From the NCBI GenBank assembly GCA_050015515.1, contig JBEKBG010000001.1, positions 6,028 through 70,027 of the forward strand: DNA of 64,000 nt. Direction: 5' to 3'. The DNA comes from Minisyncoccia bacterium (GTDB lineage Bacteria > Patescibacteriota > Minisyncoccia > UBA6257 > 2-01-FULL-56-20). Below the pieces are notes generated by a model that was not told where the DNA came from, did no database searches, and saw only the letters and a program-made list of their open reading frames with translations. This document shows positions 29,436 through 37,955 of this stretch, piece after piece (the stretch's first letter is position 1; every line of letters begins with the position of its first letter). The translations under genes were made by a program, and so were the position numbers.

Positions 29436-30398
29436 ATGATTACCGTCTCACAACAACAAGCAGGCCAACGATGGGATATTATTACCCCGTCGCTTCGTGA
29501 AGCGCTTTTTTCCGACGTGAACGCCGACTTTGTATGGAATCTCTGCCAGAGCGAACATCTTCCCGAGGACAAATCCTATCAAGTTGCCGAATTCGCAGGA
29601 TATGTGCTTCTCGGATTTTTACATCCGGAAGATCTATCGGGAGAACTGGCCTCTTCATTAAATCTGCCCACACCGCTAGCAAAAACAATAAGCGACCAGA
29701 TCAACTCGAGGGTGTTTGCGCCGCTTCGAGCCGATATTGATAAAGTTTATTCCCCATTGAGCAGATTAGGAGATATTTCAATAGGGTCTGCGCCAAAAAT
29801 TCTCCAAGACATCGACGCCTCCCCAAAACACGATATCACACTAAGTAGTATCGCTCCATCAACCCCCAAACCCACAACCCTTTCCGACATCGGCTGGTCA
29901 AAACAACCGGCGATACAGCCAATCACGAGCGCCAAGACCAGCGCTCCAATACCAACTCCTCCAGCTCCGCCAAAACCCGCCGTTGAACCGGCGCCGATGA
30001 TGCTCCATGAGGACACGGTGTTCAAATCTGCGGAAAAAAATATGAGTTTTACGCTATCCAAGCCCGGAGACGCCGTCGAGATGAATATGAATCGCGGTGC
30101 GGTGGTGGTGCCTGCGCCAGCCCGTCCGGCGGTGTTAGAGTTCGGCGGCGCGACGGCAGCGGGCACGTCTGCTCCAAAACCGCCCGCACCCACATCGAGC
30201 ACGGCGCGCGCGCCGGGCTTTGGGTCTTCGCTCGCTTCCATGTCAACCACAAACACCGGCGCACGTAATGTAAGCCAGATCGTGCCGACGACATCAGTAC
30301 AAATCCCTAAGTCACCCACTTCGCCAATGCCGCCGCAGCCGCCACAAGCATCTCCCGCACCCCAGCCCAACAAGTCGATCGTAAAAGATTTCCTTTAA
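29436..30398 (+). CDS. hypothetical protein with Pro/Thr/Ser/Ala-rich C-terminal half
   Basis: No TM. PxP-rich linker. Operon context only. Confidence 0.5.
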   Translation: MITVSQQQAGQRWDIITPSLREALFSDVNADFVWNLCQSEHLPEDKSYQVAEFAGYVLLGFLHPEDLSGELASSLNLPTPLAKTISDQINSRVFAPLRADIDKVYSPLSRLGDISIGSAPKILQDIDASPKHDITLSSIAPSTPKPTTLSDIGWSKQPAIQPITSAKTSAPIPTPPAPPKPAVEPAPMMLHEDTVFKSAEKNMSFTLSKPGDAVEMNMNRGAVVVPAPARPAVLEFGGATAAGTSAPKPPAPTSSTARAPGFGSSLASMSTTNTGARNVSQIVPTTSVQIPKSPTSPMPPQPPQASPAPQPNKSIVKDFL

Positions 30399-30426
30399 TC
30401 GCGGGCTCGGTTTACAATAGTAGGTA

Positions 30427-31029
30427 ATGCAATATCAAGTTCCCCAATTCATCGAGACCGAAGACAAGGTTGTCGGACCGTTCTCGCTCCGACAATTCGC
30501 ATACGTGGGCGTCGCGGCGCTCATAAGCGGCGGCGCTTATTTTTTCCTGCAGACGTGGCTATTCCTTATCATCGCACTTGTGTTGGTGGGCGGATCGCTC
30601 GCGCTTTCGTTCGTAAAGATCAACGGCCGGTCGCTTATTAAAGTGGCCACCGCGGCCTTTTATTATTATTGGAAACCTCAGCTGTATGTGTGGAAACCGG
30701 ACCACCCCATGATCGCCCAGCAACCGCATGCGCCCGCGACAGCGAGGAAATTGCTTCCTGTTGCCGATAGTGCTCCCGAAGGCTTCCTCCATAAGATCTG
30801 GGGGAGCTCACAACACGCTCCCGCAGCCGTGAGGGCGTTGCCGCCCATCGCCGCGATCGCTTCCGGAGATTCCCTCCATAAGAGCTGGGGAAACCTGCAG
30901 ACCGGTACGCCGGAGACAAAAGAGATGTCCGACCGCCAGTTTTTGGAGAAAAAAATGATGGAGCGTTACCAGATATTCCGGCGGTTGAGCGGCGACCGTG
31001 CGGCGGCACGGCGCGTGGATTATCGTTAG
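30427..31029 (+). CDS. VirB3/PrgI-like small membrane protein
   Basis: About 100-aa N-terminal module with two TM helices (FAYVGVAALISGGAYFF..LFLIIALVLVGGSLAL) immediately upstream of VirB4, as in Gram-positive prgI-prgJ. Confidence 0.45.
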   Translation: MQYQVPQFIETEDKVVGPFSLRQFAYVGVAALISGGAYFFLQTWLFLIIALVLVGGSLALSFVKINGRSLIKVATAAFYYYWKPQLYVWKPDHPMIAQQPHAPATARKLLPVADSAPEGFLHKIWGSSQHAPAAVRALPPIAAIASGDSLHKSWGNLQTGTPETKEMSDRQFLEKKMMERYQIFRRLSGDRAAARRVDYR

Positions 31030-31032
31030 AAA

Positions 31033-31734
31033 TTGTGCGAAAATAGAATCATGGCAATCCCACAAATGCAGGATGCGGGGAGTTCCCTGGACCTTGTCGA
31101 CATCAAGGAGATCAAACAGAACACGGTCGTCGTAAAGGACGGCAGCTTCCGGCAGGTCATCATGGTAGGGGGTGTCAACTTTTCATTGAAGTCCGAAACG
31201 GAGCAGAATATCATCACGCAAGCGTATCAGACGTTTCTGAACGGTATTGATTTCCCCCTACAGATCCTTATCCACTCCCGCAAGGTGAATATCGATAAGT
31301 ATATCGAGGCGCTGGCTGCCCGGAAGGAGATAGAACAATCTCCCATCCTGCAAAACCAGATCGACGAATACAGCAAGTTCGTGCAGGGATTTGTGGAAAA
31401 GAACGCAATTATGGAAAAGATCTTTTTGGTGGTCGTCTCGTTTTATCCCGTTTCGGTGCTCCCCAACGCAAAAAAAGTTTCTGTGGCGATCCCATTTTTT
31501 GGGAAAAAGAAAATAAGTCCGGCGGAAACAGCCCAGCGCACGGAGGAAGCGGAAAAGATGTTTGGCGAGAACCTTGCGCAGTTAAGCCAACGCACGACCC
31601 AGGTGACGGGGGGGCTTCTGAACATCGGCCTTGAGACGACGGTGCTCAACGATGAACAGCTCATTGAGCTCTTCTATAATTTTTACAATCCACAGACCAT
31701 CGAACATAAAAAAACGCCCGTGGCGCGCGAATGA
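31033..31734 (+). CDS. VirB4-family ATPase, N-terminal domain (ends at an in-frame TGA)
   Basis: Same reading frame as the 31747 ORF. Only TGA 31732-31734 plus 4 codons separate them. Combined length ~815 aa matches VirB4/TrbE. Confidence 0.55.
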   Translation: MCENRIMAIPQMQDAGSSLDLVDIKEIKQNTVVVKDGSFRQVIMVGGVNFSLKSETEQNIITQAYQTFLNGIDFPLQILIHSRKVNIDKYIEALAARKEIEQSPILQNQIDEYSKFVQGFVEKNAIMEKIFLVVVSFYPVSVLPNAKKVSVAIPFFGKKKISPAETAQRTEEAEKMFGENLAQLSQRTTQVTGGLLNIGLETTVLNDEQLIELFYNFYNPQTIEHKKTPVARE

Positions 31735-31746
31735 TATCATTACCCC

Positions 31747-33483
31747 ATGCCAGACCAGCCACAAGAAAATAATTTCAGCGACGTAAAGAAGATCATCGCG
31801 CCGGCGGGCGCGCAGGTGTTCCCCAACTACCTGAAGATCGGCGACAAGCTCGCAAAGACGTTCTTTGTGTTCTCCTATCCGCGCTACCTTTCCACAGGCT
31901 GGTTCGAACCGCTCATCAACCTGCCGAACCTTTTTGACATCTCGATCTTCATCAACCCGATCGACACCGGGAGCGCGCTCAAGAATCTCCGTAAAAAAGC
32001 CGGACAGCTGGAGTCGCAAATGAACGATGAGCAGGACAAGGGCCTCGTGCGAAATCCGGTGCTGGAAACCGCGATCAACGATGTTGAGGGCCTGCGTGAT
32101 TCATTGCAACAGTCCGAGGAAAAGCTTTTCGACACCGGCGTATATATTACGGTCTACGCGGATACCATGGACGAGCTCGCACGGCTGGAAAGCAAGCTCG
32201 TCACGATGATGGAAGCAAAGCTGATCTACCTTAAGCCCGCGCTCTTTGAGCAGCTTGAGGGATTGTCTTCCATCCTGCCGATCAATAACGACAAGCTCCA
32301 GATCTACTCGCCGATGAACACCGGCCCGATCTCATCATTTTTTCCATTTGTCTCCGAAGATCTCTCCTCCAATGAGGGGATCATGTATGGCATCAACCTG
32401 CATAACAGCAACCTGGTGATCTTCGACCGTTTCTCGTTGGAAAACGCAAATGAAGTGGTGTTCGCCAAATCCGGCTCCGGCAAATCGTACACCACCAAGC
32501 TGGAGATCCTGCGCTCGCTCATGGCGGGTATTGACATGGTGATCGTGATCGACCCGGAAAACGAGTATGACCGCCTCGCAAAGACGTTCGGCGGGAGCAT
32601 GTTCAACATCTCTTTGTCTTCGCACGAGCACATCAATCCGTTCGACGTACCGCCGATCCCGGAGGGAGAAACACCGTCGGATGTTCTGCGATCGCATATC
32701 GTGAACATCGCAAGCCTGTTGAAGCTCATGCTCGGCAAGCTCTCGCCGGAGGAAGACGCGCTGCTCGATCGCGCGATCACGGAAACGTACGCCTCCCGCG
32801 AGATCGTCGCCGATACGGATTTTATCGGCAAAGAACCGCCGCTCTTGGGCGACCTGGAAACGGTACTGCGGAATCTGGAAGGCGGGCGCGGCCTTGCGGA
32901 AAAGCTCTATAAATACACCAAGGGAAGTTTTGCGGGCTTCTTGAACCAGCCAACCAATATCGATGTCAATAATCGCCTTATTGTGTTCTCCATCCGCGAC
33001 CTGGAAGAAGAGCTCCGCCCGCTCGGTATGTTCGTTGTGCTCAACTACATCTGGAACCTCATCCGCGCCAAGCTCGCCAAGCGATTATTGTTCATTGATG
33101 AGGCGTGGATCATGATGCAGAACGAAGACAGCGCGACGTTCTTGTTCGGCCTCGTCAAGCGCGCGCGCAAATATTATCTCGGCGTCACGACGATCACGCA
33201 GGATGTGGAAGACTTCTTGCGGTCGCCTTACGGGCGCCCGATCGTCACCAACTCTTCGCTGCAATTGCTGCTCAAGCAGGCGCCCGCCACGATCGATATT
33301 GTCGCCAAAGCGTTCGATCTCACCGAAGCGGAAAAGAACTTCTTGCTCGGCGCGGAGATCGGCACCGGCATCTTCTTCGCCGGCAAGCGCCACGTGGCCA
33401 TCCAGATCGTCCCGTCGTATTACGAAGATCAAATCATCACGACGAATCCCGAGCAAATCCTGGAGGAAAAAAGTGAGCTATAA
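31747..33483 (+). CDS. VirB4/TrbE/PrgJ-family ATPase, C-terminal ATPase domain
   Basis: Walker A AKSGSGKSYTTK, Walker B LLFIDEAW (DEAW is typical of VirB4), GVTTITQD motif. Confidence 0.8.
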   Translation: MPDQPQENNFSDVKKIIAPAGAQVFPNYLKIGDKLAKTFFVFSYPRYLSTGWFEPLINLPNLFDISIFINPIDTGSALKNLRKKAGQLESQMNDEQDKGLVRNPVLETAINDVEGLRDSLQQSEEKLFDTGVYITVYADTMDELARLESKLVTMMEAKLIYLKPALFEQLEGLSSILPINNDKLQIYSPMNTGPISSFFPFVSEDLSSNEGIMYGINLHNSNLVIFDRFSLENANEVVFAKSGSGKSYTTKLEILRSLMAGIDMVIVIDPENEYDRLAKTFGGSMFNISLSSHEHINPFDVPPIPEGETPSDVLRSHIVNIASLLKLMLGKLSPEEDALLDRAITETYASREIVADTDFIGKEPPLLGDLETVLRNLEGGRGLAEKLYKYTKGSFAGFLNQPTNIDVNNRLIVFSIRDLEEELRPLGMFVVLNYIWNLIRAKLAKRLLFIDEAWIMMQNEDSATFLFGLVKRARKYYLGVTTITQDVEDFLRSPYGRPIVTNSSLQLLLKQAPATIDIVAKAFDLTEAEKNFLLGAEIGTGIFFAGKRHVAIQIVPSYYEDQIITTNPEQILEEKSEL

Positions 33484-33494
33484 TTTCTTCACAT

Positions 33495-34298
33495 ATGGAT
33501 GAAGGAGAAAAACCGTTCCCGATAGAATTCATCGTCATCCTTTTGATCGTCGCTGTGGCGAACGACGTCGCGGAAATTTTTTTCGACCTCCTTGACTTCA
33601 CCGGCGTAGGCGTCGCCGGAGAAGCGATCATGGAGCCGGCAAATTTTGTTTTGGACTTTTTCTTTACCGGAATTTTTTGGTGGAAGGTTGGCCCGGGAGG
33701 CGGCACTATAACGCAATACATCGGAGATATTCTCGAACCATTTCTTATTCCGGGGAGAACAATCTCGGTGGGGCTCGGTATGTGGATAGCGAACCATCCC
33801 AATTCCGCGATAGGGGAAGCGGCGAATACTGCGGTCTCGCTTGAAAGCGGCAACGTCGCGGGTGCGACAGGTGAAGTTGAGGGAATCGCGGGAACTGCGG
33901 AAAAAGAAGCGGCTGATGCCGAGAAGAAACTTCAAGGCGGGAGTGCGAGTGGTACCGGCGAAGGCGGTGAAGGCGGATTAGAAGCTGCTAAAGAAGGCCA
34001 AACTGCCGAATCGAAATCTCCTGAAGCCCAAAGCGGCGGAGAAAAAGAAAACGCCCCCGAAGAAGACGTATTTAAAAATCCCTACGAAAATCCCGTGGGA
34101 ACTGCCGGAGAAGAGCTTAACGAACCACCCGAGGAAGAATTCCACGAAGGGGAAGGATTTAAGCCAAAAGAAGAACCGCAGGAAAACGAGATCCAATCAC
34201 AGAAAGTCGTTGATATTGCGAGCCGCCGGCCGCCATCGCCAAAAAATGAGAACCGCGCAGGTGATGCCGACGCCGAAGACCTCGCAGAAGCGGCATAG
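33495..34298 (+). CDS. membrane protein with highly acidic Gly/Glu-rich C-terminal tail
   Basis: Two to three N-terminal TM helices. C-terminal ~150 aa E/G/A/K-rich and disordered. Confidence 0.5.
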   Translation: MDEGEKPFPIEFIVILLIVAVANDVAEIFFDLLDFTGVGVAGEAIMEPANFVLDFFFTGIFWWKVGPGGGTITQYIGDILEPFLIPGRTISVGLGMWIANHPNSAIGEAANTAVSLESGNVAGATGEVEGIAGTAEKEAADAEKKLQGGSASGTGEGGEGGLEAAKEGQTAESKSPEAQSGGEKENAPEEDVFKNPYENPVGTAGEELNEPPEEEFHEGEGFKPKEEPQENEIQSQKVVDIASRRPPSPKNENRAGDADAEDLAEAA

Positions 34299-34333
34299 CC
34301 TCGTCCATTGGGGGGGGCGCCGATTGGCGGAAT

Positions 34334-35083
34334 TTGTTATACTTAAGGAAAGATATGTTCTCGCGAATTGTGCTTAAAAAGATGGCGCTTGTGGGTTTTA
34401 TCGCGATTGCCCTCGTAGCCGGTGGCACCTTTCTTTTAGTAACATCAATAGCTCACGCACAGACGGCATCATCGCCCACATTTCTTATCACGTGGAAAAC
34501 GACGGGGAGCTATATCCCATCGTTTTATATCGGTAAGGCCTTGTCAACCTATGGGTCGAAGATTACCGCGTCGCTCGAGTTGGTCTCGCCGCAGGGAAAG
34601 ATCCTTGATCTCAGCGGGCAGACGATCTATTGGTACGTGAATGACACCTTAGTGGGCGGTGGAGTGGGTGTTCAACAAGTAACATTCCCGCCTGTCGGTG
34701 ACGCACCGAATACCGCCAACCTACGCGTGACGCTCCCGAACTATAATGGCGCATATCTTATTCACGCGATCAATATCCCTATGGTTCTACCGGAGGCGGT
34801 GATCTACGCGCCATACCCTAATGGGCAGTTTACACAGAATCCGCTGACGGTGCAGGCTATCCCGTATTTCTTTAACATCGCCGATCCTTCCGGCCTTTCC
34901 TACGCGTGGTCGGTAGATGACCAAGCCGGCTCCAACGCCGAAAATCCGGAGACGGCGCAGGTCACGTTGCCGCAGGGCACGCAGTCGGGAACCGGCGTGA
35001 ACGCATCGCTCAGCGTTGAGAATCCCAACGACTCCACCGTCGCCACCGCGAGCGCCAACTTAACCTACGAAAGCCAGCTATGA
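34334..35083 (+). CDS. bitopic secreted protein (topology compatible with VirB8-like, not established)
   Basis: Short cytoplasmic tail, one TM, beta-rich ~200-aa extracytoplasmic domain. Confidence 0.45.
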   Translation: MLYLRKDMFSRIVLKKMALVGFIAIALVAGGTFLLVTSIAHAQTASSPTFLITWKTTGSYIPSFYIGKALSTYGSKITASLELVSPQGKILDLSGQTIYWYVNDTLVGGGVGVQQVTFPPVGDAPNTANLRVTLPNYNGAYLIHAINIPMVLPEAVIYAPYPNGQFTQNPLTVQAIPYFFNIADPSGLSYAWSVDDQAGSNAENPETAQVTLPQGTQSGTGVNASLSVENPNDSTVATASANLTYESQL

Positions 35084-35805
35084 AGAAATTTTTTTATAGC
35101 TTAGCTGCGATTGTCTCAAATTTCTTCCTTTTGTCCGCCGCGCATGCGGTGACGATTAGTATGGCCATCCCGGGCGGCCCAAACGCTTATCCCACCAGCA
35201 CCGGTCCTGGCGGTTTTGTCGCCAACTTCTACCAGTTTGCACTGATGATCGGCGGGGTTCTTGCTTTCGGGGTTATTGTGTATGGAGGAGTGCGATATAT
35301 GGCATCCGCAGGCAATCCTTCGGGGCAAAGCGATGCGAAAGAATGGATAGAGGCGGCTCTGTTGGGATTATTACTACTTGTGGGCGCATATTTTATCCTT
35401 AATGTGGTGAATCCACAGCTGACGAATCTTGTGCCGCCAACGCTCACGCCGGTAAATATCCAAACGCCGGCCGCCGCCACAACACAAACGGAGATACAAA
35501 CCGCTATCGCTGCTTGTGTCGCTGCTTGTCAAGATGCAAGCTGTACCGCTGCATGTAATGCCCAGGGATCATCTTTGCAATCGGCGTTCAGCGGAGCATG
35601 TAGCGCGAACACTTGTCCATCAGGCCAGACGTGTCAAAATGACGGAAGTGGAGGGCATATGTGCCTTAATATCAACCCCTTATCAACAAACCCTCTGGGC
35701 TCTACACCTGCAGGAGATTACTCAAGCTGTGCGCAAGCCAACTGCGCATCGGGCAAAAACTGCGTAGTAGATCTCAGTAATAGCAAATACTACACCTGCA
35801 TGTAA
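35080..35805 (+). CDS. VirB2/TrbC-like pilin with Cys-rich C-terminal extension
   Basis: Signal peptide (AHA|V), two long hydrophobic helices separated by a short polar loop (…VRYMASAGNPSGQSDAKEW…), then a T/Q-rich linker and 12 Cys in the last ~95 aa. Confidence 0.45.
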   Translation: MKKFFYSLAAIVSNFFLLSAAHAVTISMAIPGGPNAYPTSTGPGGFVANFYQFALMIGGVLAFGVIVYGGVRYMASAGNPSGQSDAKEWIEAALLGLLLLVGAYFILNVVNPQLTNLVPPTLTPVNIQTPAAATTQTEIQTAIAACVAACQDASCTAACNAQGSSLQSAFSGACSANTCPSGQTCQNDGSGGHMCLNINPLSTNPLGSTPAGDYSSCAQANCASGKNCVVDLSNSKYYTCM

Positions 35806-35828
35806 TACCCAGCGAAAAATCTATATCT

Positions 35829-37154
35829 ATGAAACGCTATCTCTATATTATAATCGGCATCATCGTCGCGGCGGCCATCGTAATATTGGTTCTTTTCCTG
35901 ATAAAAAATAATGCGGCGAGCACGACGATCACCACCTCGGGGACGACCGGCGGTTCGCTTCCGGCGGCGGGTACGCAAGGGAGTGGTGGATCGGGAGTAA
36001 CGAGCAGCGTTGCCACACTCGGCCTCTCGCCGATAGCAAGTGGCACCAGTGCGAACACAAACAACCAAACGGTTGTGCAAAACTTTGGCGTGCTTTCACA
36101 AAGCCCCGCTTTGGATTATTTCGTTGACGCTCAAAATAATATCACCGCCATCCAACCGACGGGCGCCATTATCACAATAAAAAACGGCCAGACGACGACA
36201 GTAAATTCCTCGACGATTGACGGCATCATCTCCGCAAGCTTTTCCTATGATGGCAAAAAGATCGTTGTGAATTATGGCGATCCGTCCGATCCGCGGGCGG
36301 GCGTTTATGATGTTGCGACGAACGCGTGGACGGCACTGCCGCAGGGAATTCTCTCGCCCCAATGGTCTCCGGCCAATAATTACCAGATCGCATACCTTGC
36401 GGTACCGAGCGCCGGAAAGCTTACGCTCGCTACCGTTAACGCCGCGAATTTAAAAACTACGCCGACGACCCTCCTTACGCTTAACGCGAACGATCTCGCG
36501 CTCCAATGGCCCACGGCGAGCGAATTTATCCTTTCCGATAAGCCGACTTCGCAGAACGCAGGGTCGGTGTGGGTTTATAATTCGTCGGCTGGAACACTGG
36601 AGCCCCTCATATATGAGGTTCCTGGCGCGGAGGGAATATGGAGTCATAATGCCGCCATTCCTTATGGCCTGACCTTCTTTAATAATCCGTCCGGCCAAGG
36701 GGGGAATACATTACAGCTACAGGTTTTTTCTGGAAATTTGCCGACTCAGCCGCTCGTTTTCTCAACCTTGCCTTCCAAGTGCGCTTTTAACACCGAACTC
36801 ATGCCGGTTGCGACATCTACCGCTGGCGCGGCGACGTCCACGACGGCTTCGTCCACCGCAAAGATATCGGCGAAAGTCGCCGCAACTTCCACGCCGTACC
36901 TCGCGCTCTATTGCGGCATTCCACGCAGCTCGAGCGGGTTCTCCTCCGCACACCTGCCGGACGCCTATAATACGATGGCGCTCTTTACCTCCGACGATAT
37001 TTATAAAATAAACACCGCGACGGGCGCGGAACAGGTGCTTTGGAGCGATGCCACACAGAACATGGACGTCTCTGATGTAAAGTTCTTCAATGATGCGTTG
37101 TTCTTTGTAAACCGCTATGATCAAAAACTGTACGGTCTTACTTTTAGTAATTAA
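35829..37154 (+). CDS. secreted Thr/Ser/Gly/Ala-rich protein (beta-propeller-like?), last gene of the operon
   Basis: N-terminal TM/signal and a long beta-rich domain. No motif. Confidence 0.5.
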   Translation: MKRYLYIIIGIIVAAAIVILVLFLIKNNAASTTITTSGTTGGSLPAAGTQGSGGSGVTSSVATLGLSPIASGTSANTNNQTVVQNFGVLSQSPALDYFVDAQNNITAIQPTGAIITIKNGQTTTVNSSTIDGIISASFSYDGKKIVVNYGDPSDPRAGVYDVATNAWTALPQGILSPQWSPANNYQIAYLAVPSAGKLTLATVNAANLKTTPTTLLTLNANDLALQWPTASEFILSDKPTSQNAGSVWVYNSSAGTLEPLIYEVPGAEGIWSHNAAIPYGLTFFNNPSGQGGNTLQLQVFSGNLPTQPLVFSTLPSKCAFNTELMPVATSTAGAATSTTASSTAKISAKVAATSTPYLALYCGIPRSSSGFSSAHLPDAYNTMALFTSDDIYKINTATGAEQVLWSDATQNMDVSDVKFFNDALFFVNRYDQKLYGLTFSN

Positions 37155-37171
37155 TCAACTACGCAATAGTT

Positions 37172-37264
37172 AACCGATAGCATAACAAAATACCCTCTTG
37201 TTTCGAACAATCCCGAAGGGTGAGCCCGTTCGAAACAAGAGGGTATTTTGTTATGCTATCGGTT
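37172..37264. repeat. palindromic element, core family copy D (37-bp perfect arms, core in reverse orientation TCCCGAAGGGTGAGCCC)
   Basis: 37172-37208 is the reverse complement of 37228-37264. Right arm overlaps the last codons and stop of jag. Lies between convergent genes. Confidence 0.7.
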
Positions 37265-37685
37265 TAATGATGACATACCGCTCCTTTCCTTCTCCCGCGC
37301 TCTCGGTCTTTACATCCGGATGTACCGCGAGCTCCACGTGAACCAAGCGGCGCTCGTAGGAATTCATCGCGGGAAGCGAGATCTCCGTCTTCGTTGCTGT
37401 TGCTTTTTTTGCCGCCGCGCGGGCAAGCTCCGCAATCAGCCGTTCACGGTCATGCCGATAATTATTTATGTCGAGGAATATCGATTCGGTGCGATTTTTT
37501 TTCGCGACCATTTGGAGAACGTGATTCACCGCATCAACGATCGCGGGAAGATTCTCCCTCACCATCTCCTGATCCTCGTAAATAAAAACCGACCCCCGAT
37601 GTTCATCTATCTTTATCTCCAGGTGATAATCGCGGAACCCGATAAGATCTAATGTTTTTTTAATGAATGATTCCCAGTTGTCCAT
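37251..37685 (-). CDS. jag: Jag/KhpB (R3H + KH domain) RNA-binding protein
   Basis: Jag_N, KH and R3H pattern (ERRLVHVELAVHPDVKTESAGEGKERYVII). Conserved position after yidC. Confidence 0.8.
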   Translation of the reverse strand: MDNWESFIKKTLDLIGFRDYHLEIKIDEHRGSVFIYEDQEMVRENLPAIVDAVNHVLQMVAKKNRTESIFLDINNYRHDRERLIAELARAAAKKATATKTEISLPAMNSYERRLVHVELAVHPDVKTESAGEGKERYVIIKPIA

Positions 37686-37860
37686 GCGTTCCCGTCATCA
37701 TTCCATATTTCGCCACAAAAATCAAGCGATGCGCAGAAAGAACTTATCGCCATCTCGCTCCAACGTAAGAACGTCCACTCGCTCAATGGCGATAAGTTCT
37801 TTCTACCCCCTTGGTTTTTCCACCGAAAATTTTCTCTCTTAAATATTAAAGATGGTGGCG

Positions 37861-37955
37861 AAGTACGGCGCATAGCAAAATACCTGTTTGTTTGGAACAA
37901 TCCCGAAGGGTGAGCCCGTTCCAAGCAAGTAGGTATTTTGCTATGCGCCGTACTT
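37861..37955. repeat. palindromic element, core family copy E (38-bp arms with 3 mismatches, core TCCCGAAGGGTGAGCCC)
   Basis: About 80% identical to copy D over 70 bp. Right arm overlaps the last codons and stop of yidC. Confidence 0.65.

Noticed and set aside
31732-31734. In-frame TGA in VirB4 as evidence for a UGA-sense genetic code (code 4/25)
   Set aside because: TGA ends the gspE-like gene at the expected C-terminus. ORFs of 600-900 aa (ftsH, hppA, PBP1A, the 906-aa VirB6-like ORF) are free of internal TGA, which would be improbable if UGA were a frequent sense codon. TGG Trp codons are common. Treated as a local event.
24593-37154. Interpreting the T4SS-like block as an integrative conjugative element or prophage
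   Set aside because: No integrase, relaxase, coupling protein, or att repeats flank it. It is embedded between conserved housekeeping genes (rsmA, jag-yidC-rnpA-rpmH) at the origin. More likely a chromosomal, host-adapted apparatus.
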